Assembly: GCF_964194155.1 (NCBI RefSeq)
Contig: NC_135897.1
Span: 10,850,001-10,914,000, forward strand
DNA: 64,000 nucleotides
DNA from: Cetorhinus maximus
Lineage: Eukaryota
Direction: 5' to 3'
In this document: positions 49,991 to 61,399 of the stretch, piece by piece
How positions within the stretch are numbered: the stretch's first letter is position 1
Layout of the letters: each line of letters starts with the position of its first letter
Position numbers and translations under genes: made by a program
Notes under the pieces: model-generated
What the model saw: the letters and a program-made list of their open reading frames with translations, nothing else
What the model was told of the DNA's origin: nothing
Database searches by the model: none

Positions 49991-51019
49991 AGTAGTTCAT
50001 GTCTATGTAAGCAGTGTGCACCAATTGCAATTGCTAGATGCTTTTAGCCATTGTGTTAATCACACTGGGAGTCTTCCATGATCAATAATGAACCAACGCT
50101 TAATAAAAGGAAAGTTTACGAAAGGGACTCTGAAAAATATCTTGATGCCTGTTGCCTCCCTGAACTTTGCACAGTTTCGGAAGAGGCAAGTGTGTCAAGC
50201 ACTAAGACAAGTGTGAAGAAGGGCCTGACAAACTTAAGGTCTGGAGTAAGTAAAAGCCACTTAGCCCATCATGGGATAGTCCATGCAGGATTCCTCTGTG
50301 TGAACAGCCCCCTCCCCATGTCTGTTCATTCCATACTTGTGGACACACATGGCCACATATGACGCACTCCCAATGAATGTTTGGCAAGGAAGAAGGATCA
50401 GGCCCAGGTCCAAGGAAATTCCTGGTCTATTTATTCGAGATACTGAAGAGGAGGGATAGGGATACCAAGGGCTGGATGGTCCATTCACCAGGGGGTTAGC
50501 ATCAAGGTGACACACAAGAAGCTGCTACTAACACGTCTCCTTTTGGAGGTCTAATTACATTTGTACGGTGAGCTTAGTAGCAGTAATGCTGCTCATCAGG
50601 TTACTGCCACAGTGCAGAAGCATTTCTGCAGTCCTTAAAGTGCTGCAGCTCCTTAATTGGGAGTATTTTACTTGATCTGGAGCTATGCTCAGTGCACGTT
50701 CCTCATGCTGTGGGGAGGAAGACCTCGTCTGGACTATAGGAGGAAACTCTAAGGCCAATCGAACCAGTTCCAGGGCCCCTCCTTCCAATGAGAGATTGCT
50801 GAGCCATTACTGCCCCTTCCTGCACCTTCCACATGGAAGGGTAGTAACTGGCATGGAAGCAAGGAAAATCCGCTCCAACTCTTTGATACCTGCCATGTGG
50901 CAGGCTGGGAAAGAGCACTGGTCTTGCATGAGAAGGAAAAGGGAAATCCCATTCGGGATGGTCAGGTTACAGTAGACATCACTGCCTGAGTGCCCCCACC
51001 TTCCCTGTTGCAATCCAAG

Positions 51020-51297
51020 GCATATCTCCCACCGGTGAGAAGGACAAGGTCAGTAGGTATTAGGGAATACCATCACCTTCACTTCACCCACCATCCTGAC
51101 TTGGAAATATATCGCCGTTCCTTCCCTGTCGCTGGTTCAAAATCCTGGAACTCCCTCCCTAACAGCACTGTGGGTGTACCTACACCACGTGGACTGCAGC
51201 GGTTCAAGAAGGCAGCTCACCGCCACCCTCCCAAGGGCAACTAGAGATGGGCAATAAATGCTGGCCTAACCAGTAACACTCACATCCTGAGAATGAC
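51020..51297 (+). mobile_element. 3' end of the tRNA-headed LINE family
   Basis: HHPDLEIYRRSF.VAGSKSWNSLPNSTVGVPTP.GLQRFKKAAH; matches 19510-19715. Confidence 0.9.
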
Positions 51298-51353
51298 TGT
51301 ATATAAAATCCTGCCTTATTTTAATGACTTTGTTTCTGTTCCGTCTCCTGCAG

Positions 51354-51446
51354 CATTTTGTTTGTGCAAAATGTGAGAAGCCATTTCTGGGACATCATCA
51401 CTTTGAGCGGAAAGGACTGGCCTATTGTGAGAAACATTACAACCAG
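51354..51446 (+). CDS. LIMS2: LIMS2 coding exon, LIM4, 93 bp
   Basis: CCGTCTCCTGCAG| ... |GTAC; [31 protein letters not shown]. Confidence 0.97.
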
Positions 51447-51609
51447 GTACTTACTGGACATATACATACTATCTTTCACTTGTTTAAAATTGTGCTGTAG
51501 GATTGTTATTGAATCTTCTACAGACTGTTACTGAAGGGTGGTTCTGGTACTAACTGTATTACTGTTATTACTAGCAAGTTATATTGTGCAGTATCATGAA
51601 TGTTGCATG

Positions 51610-52245
51610 TGTTACAGGATCATAGGCCATTCAGCCCTTCGAGCCTGTTCAGCCATTGAATGTAATCATTGCTGATCTGAAACTTAACTCCATCCACCCA
51701 CCTTGGCTCCATATCCCTTTACACCCCCAGGTCTGGCAAAAATCCATCAATCTCAGGCTGGAAATTATTAACTAAACTAGCGTCGCCTGCTTTTTGGCAG
51801 AGAGTGCTCCACTCTTTGCGTAAAGAAACGTTTCATGACGTCTCTTCTGAGTGTTTTGACTTGGACTTTAAAGTTAAGTACCTAGTCCTATACTCCTGTC
51901 AGCAGAAACCGTTTCTCTCCATCTATCCTATCAAATCATTTCAAAACTCTAAACCCAATTACCCCTTCATCTTTTATATTCCAGAGAATACAGGACTGTT
52001 TTATGTAATCTCTCCACATAATCTAATCTTTGGAGTCCTGGTAACGTTCTGGTCAATCTGCACTGCAGTCCTTCCAAGACCAATATATCCATTGCAAGGT
52101 GCGGTGCCCAGAACTGTCTACATCACGCCAGATGTGGTCTAGCCAGAGCTTTATATAATTGATGGAAAACATCCTCTCCTTTAAATTCTAGCCGTCTCTA
52201 TAAAGGCTAACATCCATAAGCCTTTCCGATTATTTTCGTACCTGA
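51610..52245 (-). mobile_element. CR1 3' fragment
   Basis: ATAGGCCATTCAGCCCTTCGAGCCTGTTC... CR1 3' end in reverse orientation. Confidence 0.75.
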
Positions 52246-54139
52246 TTACTACAATTTAGTGATGATAATATCACTTTGTAATATTTTGAACCTTGTATTA
52301 CTGACAGGGCATTCATTGATGCACAGCATTGCCAGGTTAGCTGTGTTACCAGCTGTTAGTATGAGTGTAATATTGGTTTGTGGTCCTGTTAATGTCATTG
52401 ATCTGGTATCCTTGTTGACTGTAGCTAGATATCTCTGAATGTCATGTGCTATGCAGCTACTCAATCTGATGCATTCTATTGACTGATATCATCCATATTT
52501 GCTGATTGTTACTATGTGGATTATTAATTGCTACTGATACTATTATTGGGTTACTGCCTAGGGTTGACTCCTGTTGACTATTACTGATACTGCTGTTGAC
52601 TGTTATTGAGTTTTACTGATTGTTTCGGACTGTATTGAATTTTATTGATTGATAACAGCTATTATTGACCGTTACCATTGGTGATTGATGATGCCTGTTC
52701 TTGGCCTGGTTGATAGTATTCTTGCCTCTCAGCCAGAAGGTTGTGGGTTCAAGCCCCACTTCAGGGCTTGAGCACTTAGTCCATTAGTGCAGAACCATGG
52801 GGGTGCAGCTTTGTTGAAGAATTGAACTTGTCCATTATCAATTACTTCATTTAGCCTGATTTCCTTACTTAGACTGCTCCTTCTCTGTTGGGTGCACTCA
52901 AACATCTTATCCCAGATCTTTGATTCAGGTCCTCCAAACATTCACCTGTGATCAAGGGGGTTTAGATCCTGTTTGGTGATGTCATTTTCTTGCTTCTACC
53001 TTAGACCCCAGTCACCTTCCCAGGTTCAATTTTAATCTCCCATTAAAGCACCAATCAGTAGTAGTTTGGTTCAAAGGATCATTCATATTTTTGTTTATTT
53101 TGCTGAATATTTCTTGGATATTTTTTTAAAAATCATGCATATTGTCCACTCGGTAGCTAGTTCTTCTATTTCTTCACATCACCAGCTCCTCCACTTCAGA
53201 TGGTGATATATTTGGCTTCAATGGGTTGAGTGGCCTCCCTGCTCTGCAAGGCCTCAATGAGTCTATTCTGCCGGAGCCCACTTTATCTGTTATATGTCAT
53301 ACAGATTCCAGAGGGAAGTCTTGTTGCAAGACAAAGGATGTTAATTACCTTTAACACAACAGTTTCCCCACTCCTCCCCAGCCTGTCTCAACACCAGGAT
53401 TCAGGTCTGATTGGACTGATATTGTTTGTATTTGAAGTGCAACATTACTACATGTCCTCTGCCATGGGGGACGCTATCTGCAGGCAGCCATCTTACATTC
53501 AGTTCAATAAAGTCATTCCCTTAAGAAACACTACAGCCTTGGAGCTCCTAACAGATATTGTTGGACAGCCAGGACTTATCAATGTTCAATAATCCCAGCT
53601 CTCCTCTCTAAATATCTGTTTTTCTCCCCCTGATTACAATCTTGAGAATGGCCCCTGCATCCTGGCATCTGAACAGTTCAGAATTTGTCACTAAGTAAGC
53701 TGTTCCCTATTAGTATTGTTATTTTATTCCCAGAACCACCATCTCTGAAATATTACATTCCAAAAGTCTCTAACATTATCTTTAACTGAAAGCTGTTCTC
53801 CCTTATCCAAATCAGCTTTCTGTTCCAGTCTTACTTTATACACAGTGTTATTCAGGAACCACCTAGATCGTGCTGCTTATTGTAATTGTGTTTAATTATC
53901 CCCTGTTCTTAAATGGAAAACCTGCTGGTTAAGTGTTCACTCTCATTGAGTGCTTGAGTAGTAGTCTGTATCCAATCGATTCTGTTGTAGGAAACAAGTG
54001 TTTGCCAGGCTTGGTGATTTTATAGCAGTGGCAGGGGTTATTCCCAGTTACTCTCAGGGGTAACTCTCTCTCCTTGAGTGCTCTGTCTCAGAGGGACACT
54101 GAATGAGTTAAAGCTGAGCCCTATGAGGGTAAACCTGAC

Positions 54140-54335
54140 TCCACCCTGTAGCCAATATTTATCTCTCAATCGTTATCATTTTGCTGTTTGTGGATGTTTG
54201 CTGAGTGTAAAGTCACTGCCGCAATTCCTACTTGACAACCAGGACTATGCTTCATTAAGTACTTTGTTGGATGTAAGGCACTTTGAACTGTCCAGTGTTC
54301 ATGAAAAGTGCTATATAAATGCAAGTCTTTCTTTC
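54140..54335 (+). mobile_element. Family B SINE 3' part
   Basis: GCCAATATTTATCTCTCAA...GAAAAGTGCTATATAAATGCAAGTCTTTCTTT, as at 30200-30400. Confidence 0.7.
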
Positions 54336-55254
54336 TGCGACCTTATAAAAGGCATAGGACATCTGGTAACAAAACGTGTGGATCATCCCACAGAGGGTCT
54401 AAAATGTAGGTGATAAATAACCATGCAAATTAAATCCTGAAGATTAAAATTCAATACAAAACATAATATAGAGATCAGGAGACTACCTGGAGAGGAAGGA
54501 GTCTGGCGATGTGATACATAAGGCATCACAACTGCAGAGATGGACCGGCCTGTCTGATGTTTTCATATGCTTGCTTGTTTATTCATTAGCCACTACAAAA
54601 AACAGTTGTTCCTCAGTAAATATTCCAACAAAGCCAAAGATCTGACACTAGAAGCAAAAAATTAAAAAGACACTGCCTGTGGATGTGAAGTGTTTCATTC
54701 TGTGAAAGGCGGATGTAACCCAGCTTCAACACAACAACACACAGATGCTGGCTTTGACCAAATGTCAAGAAACTTGGCGGAATTGAAAAGAAAATGATTT
54801 GGATCTCAATTCTCACCAACTGAAAGTAGGATATTGTCCAGTGATTGTAAATTTGTAATTCTCTAAAGTCCCATTATATTTCCCAGTGCAGAAACACGCA
54901 AGTGGTTCAAAGTATAACAACGAGTTGAAGAGTTCCAAAACTGAAGATTGTATCCTTAGCAAAAGGAGGTCTGTTAAAACAGACAGAAACCATTAACTAC
55001 ATTATCACGACAGTTTCCTACATAAGTTAGAATTTTAGCTTGTTCATCACATTTGAAGTGAAAAGTGGAGTTTCTCAGCCCTGTCCCATGCACACCCGAT
55101 ATATGAGACAGGGCAAGAATGCCTGAAATATTCCAAGATTTCGGGGTCAAGTTGAAATGTTAAGTTGAAATGAAATGTATTAAGTTTGTTTTCTTAGATT
55201 TTGATCATGTTCACATTCCCCTGATACTGACATTGTTATTCATATGTTATTCAT

Positions 55255-55940
55255 ATTACTCACTGTAATGTTACTGTAATGTCATTCAGTGTAATCTTAC
55301 TCAGTGTAATATTACTTACTCACTAATATTACTCGCTGTAATGTTACTGTAATGTTACTTAGTGTAATATTACTCACTAATATTCACAGTAATGTTACTG
55401 AGTGTAATGTTACTCAGTGTAATGTTACTCTAATATTACTCACAGTTATGTTACTCAGTGTAATGTTACTCAGTGCAATATTACTTACTGTAATATTACA
55501 GAAATGTTACTCAGTATAATGTTACTCAGTGTAATATTACTCAGTGTAATATTACTCACAGTAATGTTACCCAGTGTAATGTTACCCAGTGTAATGTTAC
55601 CCAGTGTAATGTTACCCAGCGTAATGTTACTCAGTGTAATATTACTGTAATATTACTTAGTGTAATGTTACTTAGTGTAATGTTACTTAGTGTAATGTTA
55701 CTTAGTGTAATGTTACTTAGTGTAGTGTTACTCAGTGTAATACTACTCACTGTAATATTACTGACAGTTACTCGGTGTATTGTTACTCAGTGTACTGTTA
55801 CTCTCTGTAATGTTAGTCAGTGTAATGTTACTCTCTGTAATATTACTCACAGTAATGTTACTCAGTATAATGTTACTCAGTGTAATGGTATAATGTTTCA
55901 CTGTTATTCAGTAAAGTTACTCACCGGAATACTGTATTGC
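55255..55940. repeat. 15-bp AT-rich minisatellite
   Basis: Unit TGTAATGTTACTCAG. Confidence 0.95.
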
Positions 55941-56029
55941 TGATTGAGCCGATGCTTTTAATAGTGAACTGTCCCCAGAGTCGTATTAGTTTCTAAGATT
56001 TTCATCCGTTGTCTGTTTTGTTTCTGCAG

Positions 56030-56078
56030 CTGTTTGGAGATGTTTGTTATCACTGTAACCATGTGATTGAGGGAGATG
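56030..56078 (+). CDS. LIMS2: LIMS2 coding exon, start of LIM5, 49 bp
   Basis: TTTTGTTTCTGCAG| ... |GTAAGT; LFGDVCYHCNHVIEGD(V); remaining exons not found in the window. Confidence 0.95.
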
Positions 56079-56237
56079 GTAAGTGCATCCTTCAGATTCA
56101 GTGCACCTACGTGAATTGTTCTGTGAATCTATCTGTTGACACAAATAGATAATAATTCTTTTGAACACTGTCTTCTAGTCACGTAATGATTTCACTGTGA
56201 TGGTAGTCTTCATCCCTAACTGTTTCCATTACCCTCC

Positions 56238-56636
56238 TTGTTTTTCTTTATTCTTTAATGTGATGTGCGCATCACTGGCAAGGCCAGCATTTGGTGCCCA
56301 TCCCTAATTGCCCTTGAACTGAGTGGCTTGCTAGGCCATTGAGAGTGCAATTAAGAGCCAACCACACTGCTGTGGGTCTGGAGTCACATGTAGGCCAGAC
56401 CAGGTAAAGATGTTAGATTTCCCTCCCTAAAGGGAACTAGATGGGTTTTTAACAACAATCAATGATAGTTGATGATCATGATCACCATCACTGAGAGCAG
56501 CTTTATATTCCAAATTTATTAATTGAATTTAAATTCCACCCAGCTACTGTGGTGGGTTTGAACCCGTGCCCCCAGAGTATTAGCCCGGGCCTCTGGATTA
56601 CGAGTCCAGTGACATTACCACTACATCACTGTCTCC
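56238..56636 (-). mobile_element. tRNA-derived SINE (family A)
   Basis: Homologous to 9621-9996 and 20062-20412. Confidence 0.9.
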
Positions 56637-56762
56637 CATTCTCTGTTCCTATTCCCTTTCTGGGAAACCACTCGATCGCCACCACCCAACCAACCCCGCC
56701 CCCACCCCCACCCCATCCCAGTGTGAAAAAAACAGCCATTCACCGCAACTGTTTTTTACCCT

Positions 56763-58862
56763 AGAATGACTATAACACAGAAGGAGGCCATCCAGCCCAT
56801 CACGTCTGTGCTGACTTGCTGCAGAAGTAATTCACGTAGTGCCACTTCCCAGTCTTTTCCCTGTAGCCCTGCAGTTCTTTCCTAATGATCCAATTCCCTT
56901 TTCAATGTCAGGATTGAATCTGCCTCCACCACGCTCTCAGGCACCGCATTCCAGATCCTAATCACCCATGTCGAGAAAAGATTGTCCTCATGTCGCTATA
57001 GCTTCTTTTGCCAATTAGCTGCGCCCTCTGACTCTCAGCCCTTCCACCAGTGCGAACAGTTTCTCGTTATCTCCTCCTTCCAGACCCCTCATGATTTTGA
57101 ATATCTCTATCAAATCTCCTCTCAACCTTCTCTTCCCCTAGGAGAACAATCCCAGCTTCTCCAACCTATCTGCATAACTGAAGTTCCTCATCCCTGGAAC
57201 TGTTCTTGTGAAACTTTTCTGGACCCTCTCTAATGCCTTCACATCCTTCCTATAGTGTGGTGCGCATGACTGGACACCATATTCCAGTTGAGACCAAACT
57301 AATGTTTTACACAAGACAAAGGCAAACACTGCAGATGTTGGAAATCTGAAACAAAGCCAGAAAATGCTAGAAACACTCAACATATCTGGCAGCATCCGGG
57401 GAGAAAGAAACAGAGTCAATGCCTCAGGTTGTGACCCCTCATCAGAATAGCTCTCTGCTTTTGTACTCTATGCCCCTATTTATAAAGCTCAGAATCCCGT
57501 ATGTGTTATTAGCCACTCATGTTATATCATCTCAAATTTTAATCCCCACTTAATGGTTGATTTCACTGAATGGTCATCCCTATTTCCAGGGTGCGACACT
57601 CTAACTGCAACACAATTTCAATACACCACTAAATACAGTAACACATTGGTCAGTAATTACTCAATCAAACTGATAACTTTGCTCCTATCCTTAGCCTCTT
57701 TTGTATCCATGCTGCCATTGCCTCTTTTATCCCATGGATTTCAATTTTGCCAACAAGTTTGATATGCGTTACTTTATCAAACACCTTTTTGAAAGCCCAG
57801 ATCCATAACATCAACTGCACTGCCCCTATCCATCCTCCCTATAACCTCAACGAAAAGCTCAAATTAATCAAACACAATTCCTCCTTAACAATCTGTGCTG
57901 CCTTTTATTTTATCAGTCTGTGATTGTCCAAGTGGCTGTTCGTTTTGCCCTGGATTTTTGTTTCTAAAAGCTCCCCTATCACTGACATTAAACTAACTGG
58001 CCTGTAACTGCCAGCTTTATCCTTCTTCACTTTGTTTGAACAAGGCTGCAACAATTCTCCAGTCCTCTGGCACCTCCCGTGTATCTGAGGAGGATTGGAA
58101 GATTATGGCCATATCCTCCGCAATTTCCACCCTTACTTCCCTCAGCATTCCGGGATGCATCCCATCTGCACAGAGTGATTTATCCACTTAAGCTGCTGCT
58201 AGTCTTTCTTTTACCTCCTCTTTATCTCACCCAGTTTTTGGTATCCTTGTTGTTACCATAGCTCTAGAAAATTCCTCTTCCTTGGTAGACACTGATACAT
58301 TGAACTCATTTAGTACCTCAACCAAGCCTTCTGCCTCCATTGATAGACCTCCATTATGGTACCTAATGAGTCTTAGCACTCCACTGGCAACCCTTTCACT
58401 GTTAATCTGTCAACAGAAGATCTTTGGATTCCCTGTTATCTTAGCCACCAATCTAATCTTGTGCTGTCTCTTTGCCCCTCTTATTTCCTGATTTACCTTT
58501 CCTCTGTATTTTTTATATTTAACTTGAATCTCCCTTGTGCGATCAACCTGACATCTGTCATACATCCCCTTGTAAGCTCACTCTATTGGGGAGCTCTGGA
58601 TTTGGTTGCCTACTAATTCCCCTCACCCCACTCCACCCTCTCGTGTGAATGGACCTAGGCTATACCTTAATTTTCTCCTCTTTAAATGCTGCGTACTGTT
58701 ATATTTCTGCCTGCCAGTTTTTGATCCCAGTTTACCTGGGCCAGATTCCTCCTCAGTTTACTGAAATTAGTCCTCCTCCAGTTCAGTATTTTAATTTTAG
58801 ATTTCTCCGTGTCCTACTCCACAACTAATTTAAACCTTATGATACTATGATAACTATTCCTG
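56763..58862 (-). mobile_element. CR1 LINE fragments with a nested Penelope-like piece (57316-57448)
   Basis: ORF 57138-57419 LVWSQLEYGVQ...KDVKALERVQKSFTRTVPGM; further RT-like decayed sequence. Confidence 0.8.
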
Positions 58863-59302
58863 AAGTGCTTCAATGGCTGTTTCAATAGAATTGAAGCTAT
58901 AAACTGAACTGTGAATAACTTAATGCACAGAATTCCCCAACACGTGAGCTTCAATGCAATGATTGTGTAATGTGTTAAGTTTCATGGATAATTGTTTACT
59001 GCAGTATGCAAAGGGTTAAACATGCTTATTTTCCAGCTCCTTTATGTATTTGAGTCAAACACCTCCTGCCACAGTGAATTGGCACATTCCTCACTTATCA
59101 CTGGCAGCCATTGGGGCAAATGGCATTGATAATTTACCATCACCATAGGAGTTCATTACAAAGGCACTGCTTATAATGTATTAAACTTGCTAATTGTTTC
59201 GGGGACGCCAGTAAGTTCTTACCCTGATTTACCTGTTTAAAAAGATCTGCTGATTTCAGGCAAAGTTGGGTCCTCAAATAACTTCGACTAGCATTCACAT
59301 CT

Positions 59303-59458
59303 GGGCCTGAATTCTTCCCTCCTCCGCCGGGCCTGGGAGTGGACAGTAAACGGGCCCCCTGACCGCGATTTCTCGCTGACTGGCCAATGAACAGACCGGA
59401 TTTCGCGGCCAGCTGGGTCGGGCATGCACCCGCCCACGCGACATAAAATTCTGTCCCC
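59303..59458. mobile_element. About 155-bp MITE related to the Harbinger at 35482-39751
   Basis: Ends GGGCCTGAATTCT...AAAATTCTGTCCC; interior resembles both subterminal regions of the full element. Confidence 0.7.
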
Positions 59459-59656
59459 GGTCAAGCGCTTGTGCCTCAGTGATGAGACTCTGGGTGCAAC
59501 TGATAATAATAAAAATAAGGAGGGCCATCTTGAAGTGGCACTTTCCTGTTTTAAAAATATACTTTACCTCATAAAGTGGGGATGTTGTGCTAATGTCAAC
59601 ACGCCCGTTATAAATGGTGGGGATTGTGTCCTTTAAAATTGGCTACATCTGAGCCT

Positions 59657-59997
59657 AAATAAAAACAGAAAATGGTGGAGAAACTTAGCAGGCCTGGCAG
59701 CTGTGCAGATTCTGACCTTGGTTAAGTCTCACCATGTCCCAGTCCCAGTATTGAGAATTGATGTGGAAACCAACAGACACAGCTTTAATTAAATGCACTG
59801 ACCCCAGCACCTCCACCCCGCCACCGCACACCCCCCTCCACCCTCCAACCACCAGACTCAGGTTCTGTAGAAGACACACAGACTCGAAACGTTAACTCTG
59901 TTTCTCTCTCCACAGATGCTGCCAGACCGACTGAGATTTTCCAGCATTTTCTGATTTTATTTCAGATTTCCAGCATCCGCAGTATTTTGCTTTCACC
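59657..59997 (+). mobile_element. Penelope-like fragment with partial 5' inversion
   Basis: 59657-59700 is an inverted copy of part of 59915-59965; flanked by CTGAGCCT at 59649-59656 and 59998-60005. Confidence 0.75.
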
Positions 59998-60103
59998 TGA
60001 GCCTGTCAGTTTGTTCGGTTTTATAAAGAGCTACAAAGTTGTAAATTTTACATTTTAATACCAAAACTTTCCACAGTGGGGGTTAGTGCATTTAATTAAA
60101 CAT

Positions 60104-60590
60104 GTGTTTGGATGAGCACAGCTTCAACAACACTCAAGAAGCTCGACATCATCCAGGACAAAGCAGACTGACACCCCATCCACAAACATTCACTCCCTCA
60201 TCACCGATGCACAGTAGCAGCAGTGTGTGCACCATCTACAAGATGCACAACAGTAACTATATAACAGTAACAGTAATAGACAGCACCTTCCAGACCCACA
60301 ACCATTACCATCTAGAAGGACAAGGGCAGCAGATAGATGGGAACACCACCACCTGGAAGTTCCCCTCCAAGTCACTCACCATCCTGACTTGGAAATATAT
60401 CGCCGTTCCTTCACTGTCCCTGGGTGAAAATCCTGGAACTCCCTCCCTAACAGCACTGTGGGTGTACCTACACCACATGGACTGCAGCGGTTCAAGAAGG
60501 CAGCTCACCACCACCTTCTCAAGAGCAGTTAGGGATGGGCAATAAAGGCTGGCCCAGCCTGCGATGCCCACATCTCTGACAAAGTAAAAG
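60104..60590 (+). mobile_element. 3' fragment of the tRNA-headed LINE family
   Basis: Matches 19240-19715. Confidence 0.9.
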
Positions 60591-60896
60591 AATTCAATTA
60601 GATTTAAATCAGTTTTACCTTAATTTTAATCTGCCAACTCATTCAACTACCTTTATTCTTGAAAGCTGAACTTTAGTAACAGAATTGATTTCTGGCCAAA
60701 GAGTGAGGTGTTAACAGCTAAAGGGGGCTTCACCTGAGGATGGGTTTAATTTGCTAACAGACTGTGCACAACTGCAACTGTCAGGTCATCATGAGTATGT
60801 TAACAAGGGTATGGTAGTTTAGTGGTTTTGCTCCTGGACAGGTAATCCAGGGGACTAGTCTAATAAACCAGTGGAAGTGAATTCAAATCACATCGT

Positions 60897-61250
60897 GCCT
60901 CAGTGGTAGCTCTCTTGTTTCGTGAGCCTGAAGGCTATTGGTTCAAACCTCACTCCAGGGACTTCTGCACACAATGCAGGTTGGCACTGAGGGAGTGCTA
61001 CACTTTCAGCAGACTCCCATACAGATATAAAAGATCGCATGGCTCTATTCAAAAAAGAGCAGGCTCATTCTCCCAGGTGACCTGGCCAGTATTTATCCCT
61101 CAGCCAACATCCAAAGATAGATTAACTGCTCATAATCATGTGGCTGTTTGTGGGACCTTGGGACACAAATTGGCTGCTGCATTTCCTACATTATAACAGG
61201 GGCCTCGACAGATGCAAAGCCTTTTGAGATATCTTGTTATCATTAAAAGT
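60897..61250 (+). mobile_element. Family B SINE, preceded by a family A head fragment (60808-60895)
   Basis: GCCTCAGTGGTAGC...GGTTCAAACCTCACTCCA head; AAAAGATCGCATGGCTCTATT...CCTGGCCAGTATTTATCCCTCA core. Confidence 0.75.
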
Positions 61251-61399
61251 ATCTCGAGTTGTTTCTTCCATTTTATGGCAGTTTGAGAATTTGAACTGAG
61301 TTTGAAAAAATCTGGAAATGCAAACAGACCGGTGTGAATAAACGTGCCAATGAGGCTGTCAGATTGCCAACATTCACCTCTCCCCCCACGCCCCCACCA

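Noticed and set aside
50080-51010. Possible additional LINE or exon
   Set aside because: No translatable motif that I could recognise, so left unannotated.
47556-56078. Assignment as LIMS1
   Set aside because: SDAYH, NCTHCG, TAEARE and VNALGK residues and the nested GPR17 point to LIMS2.
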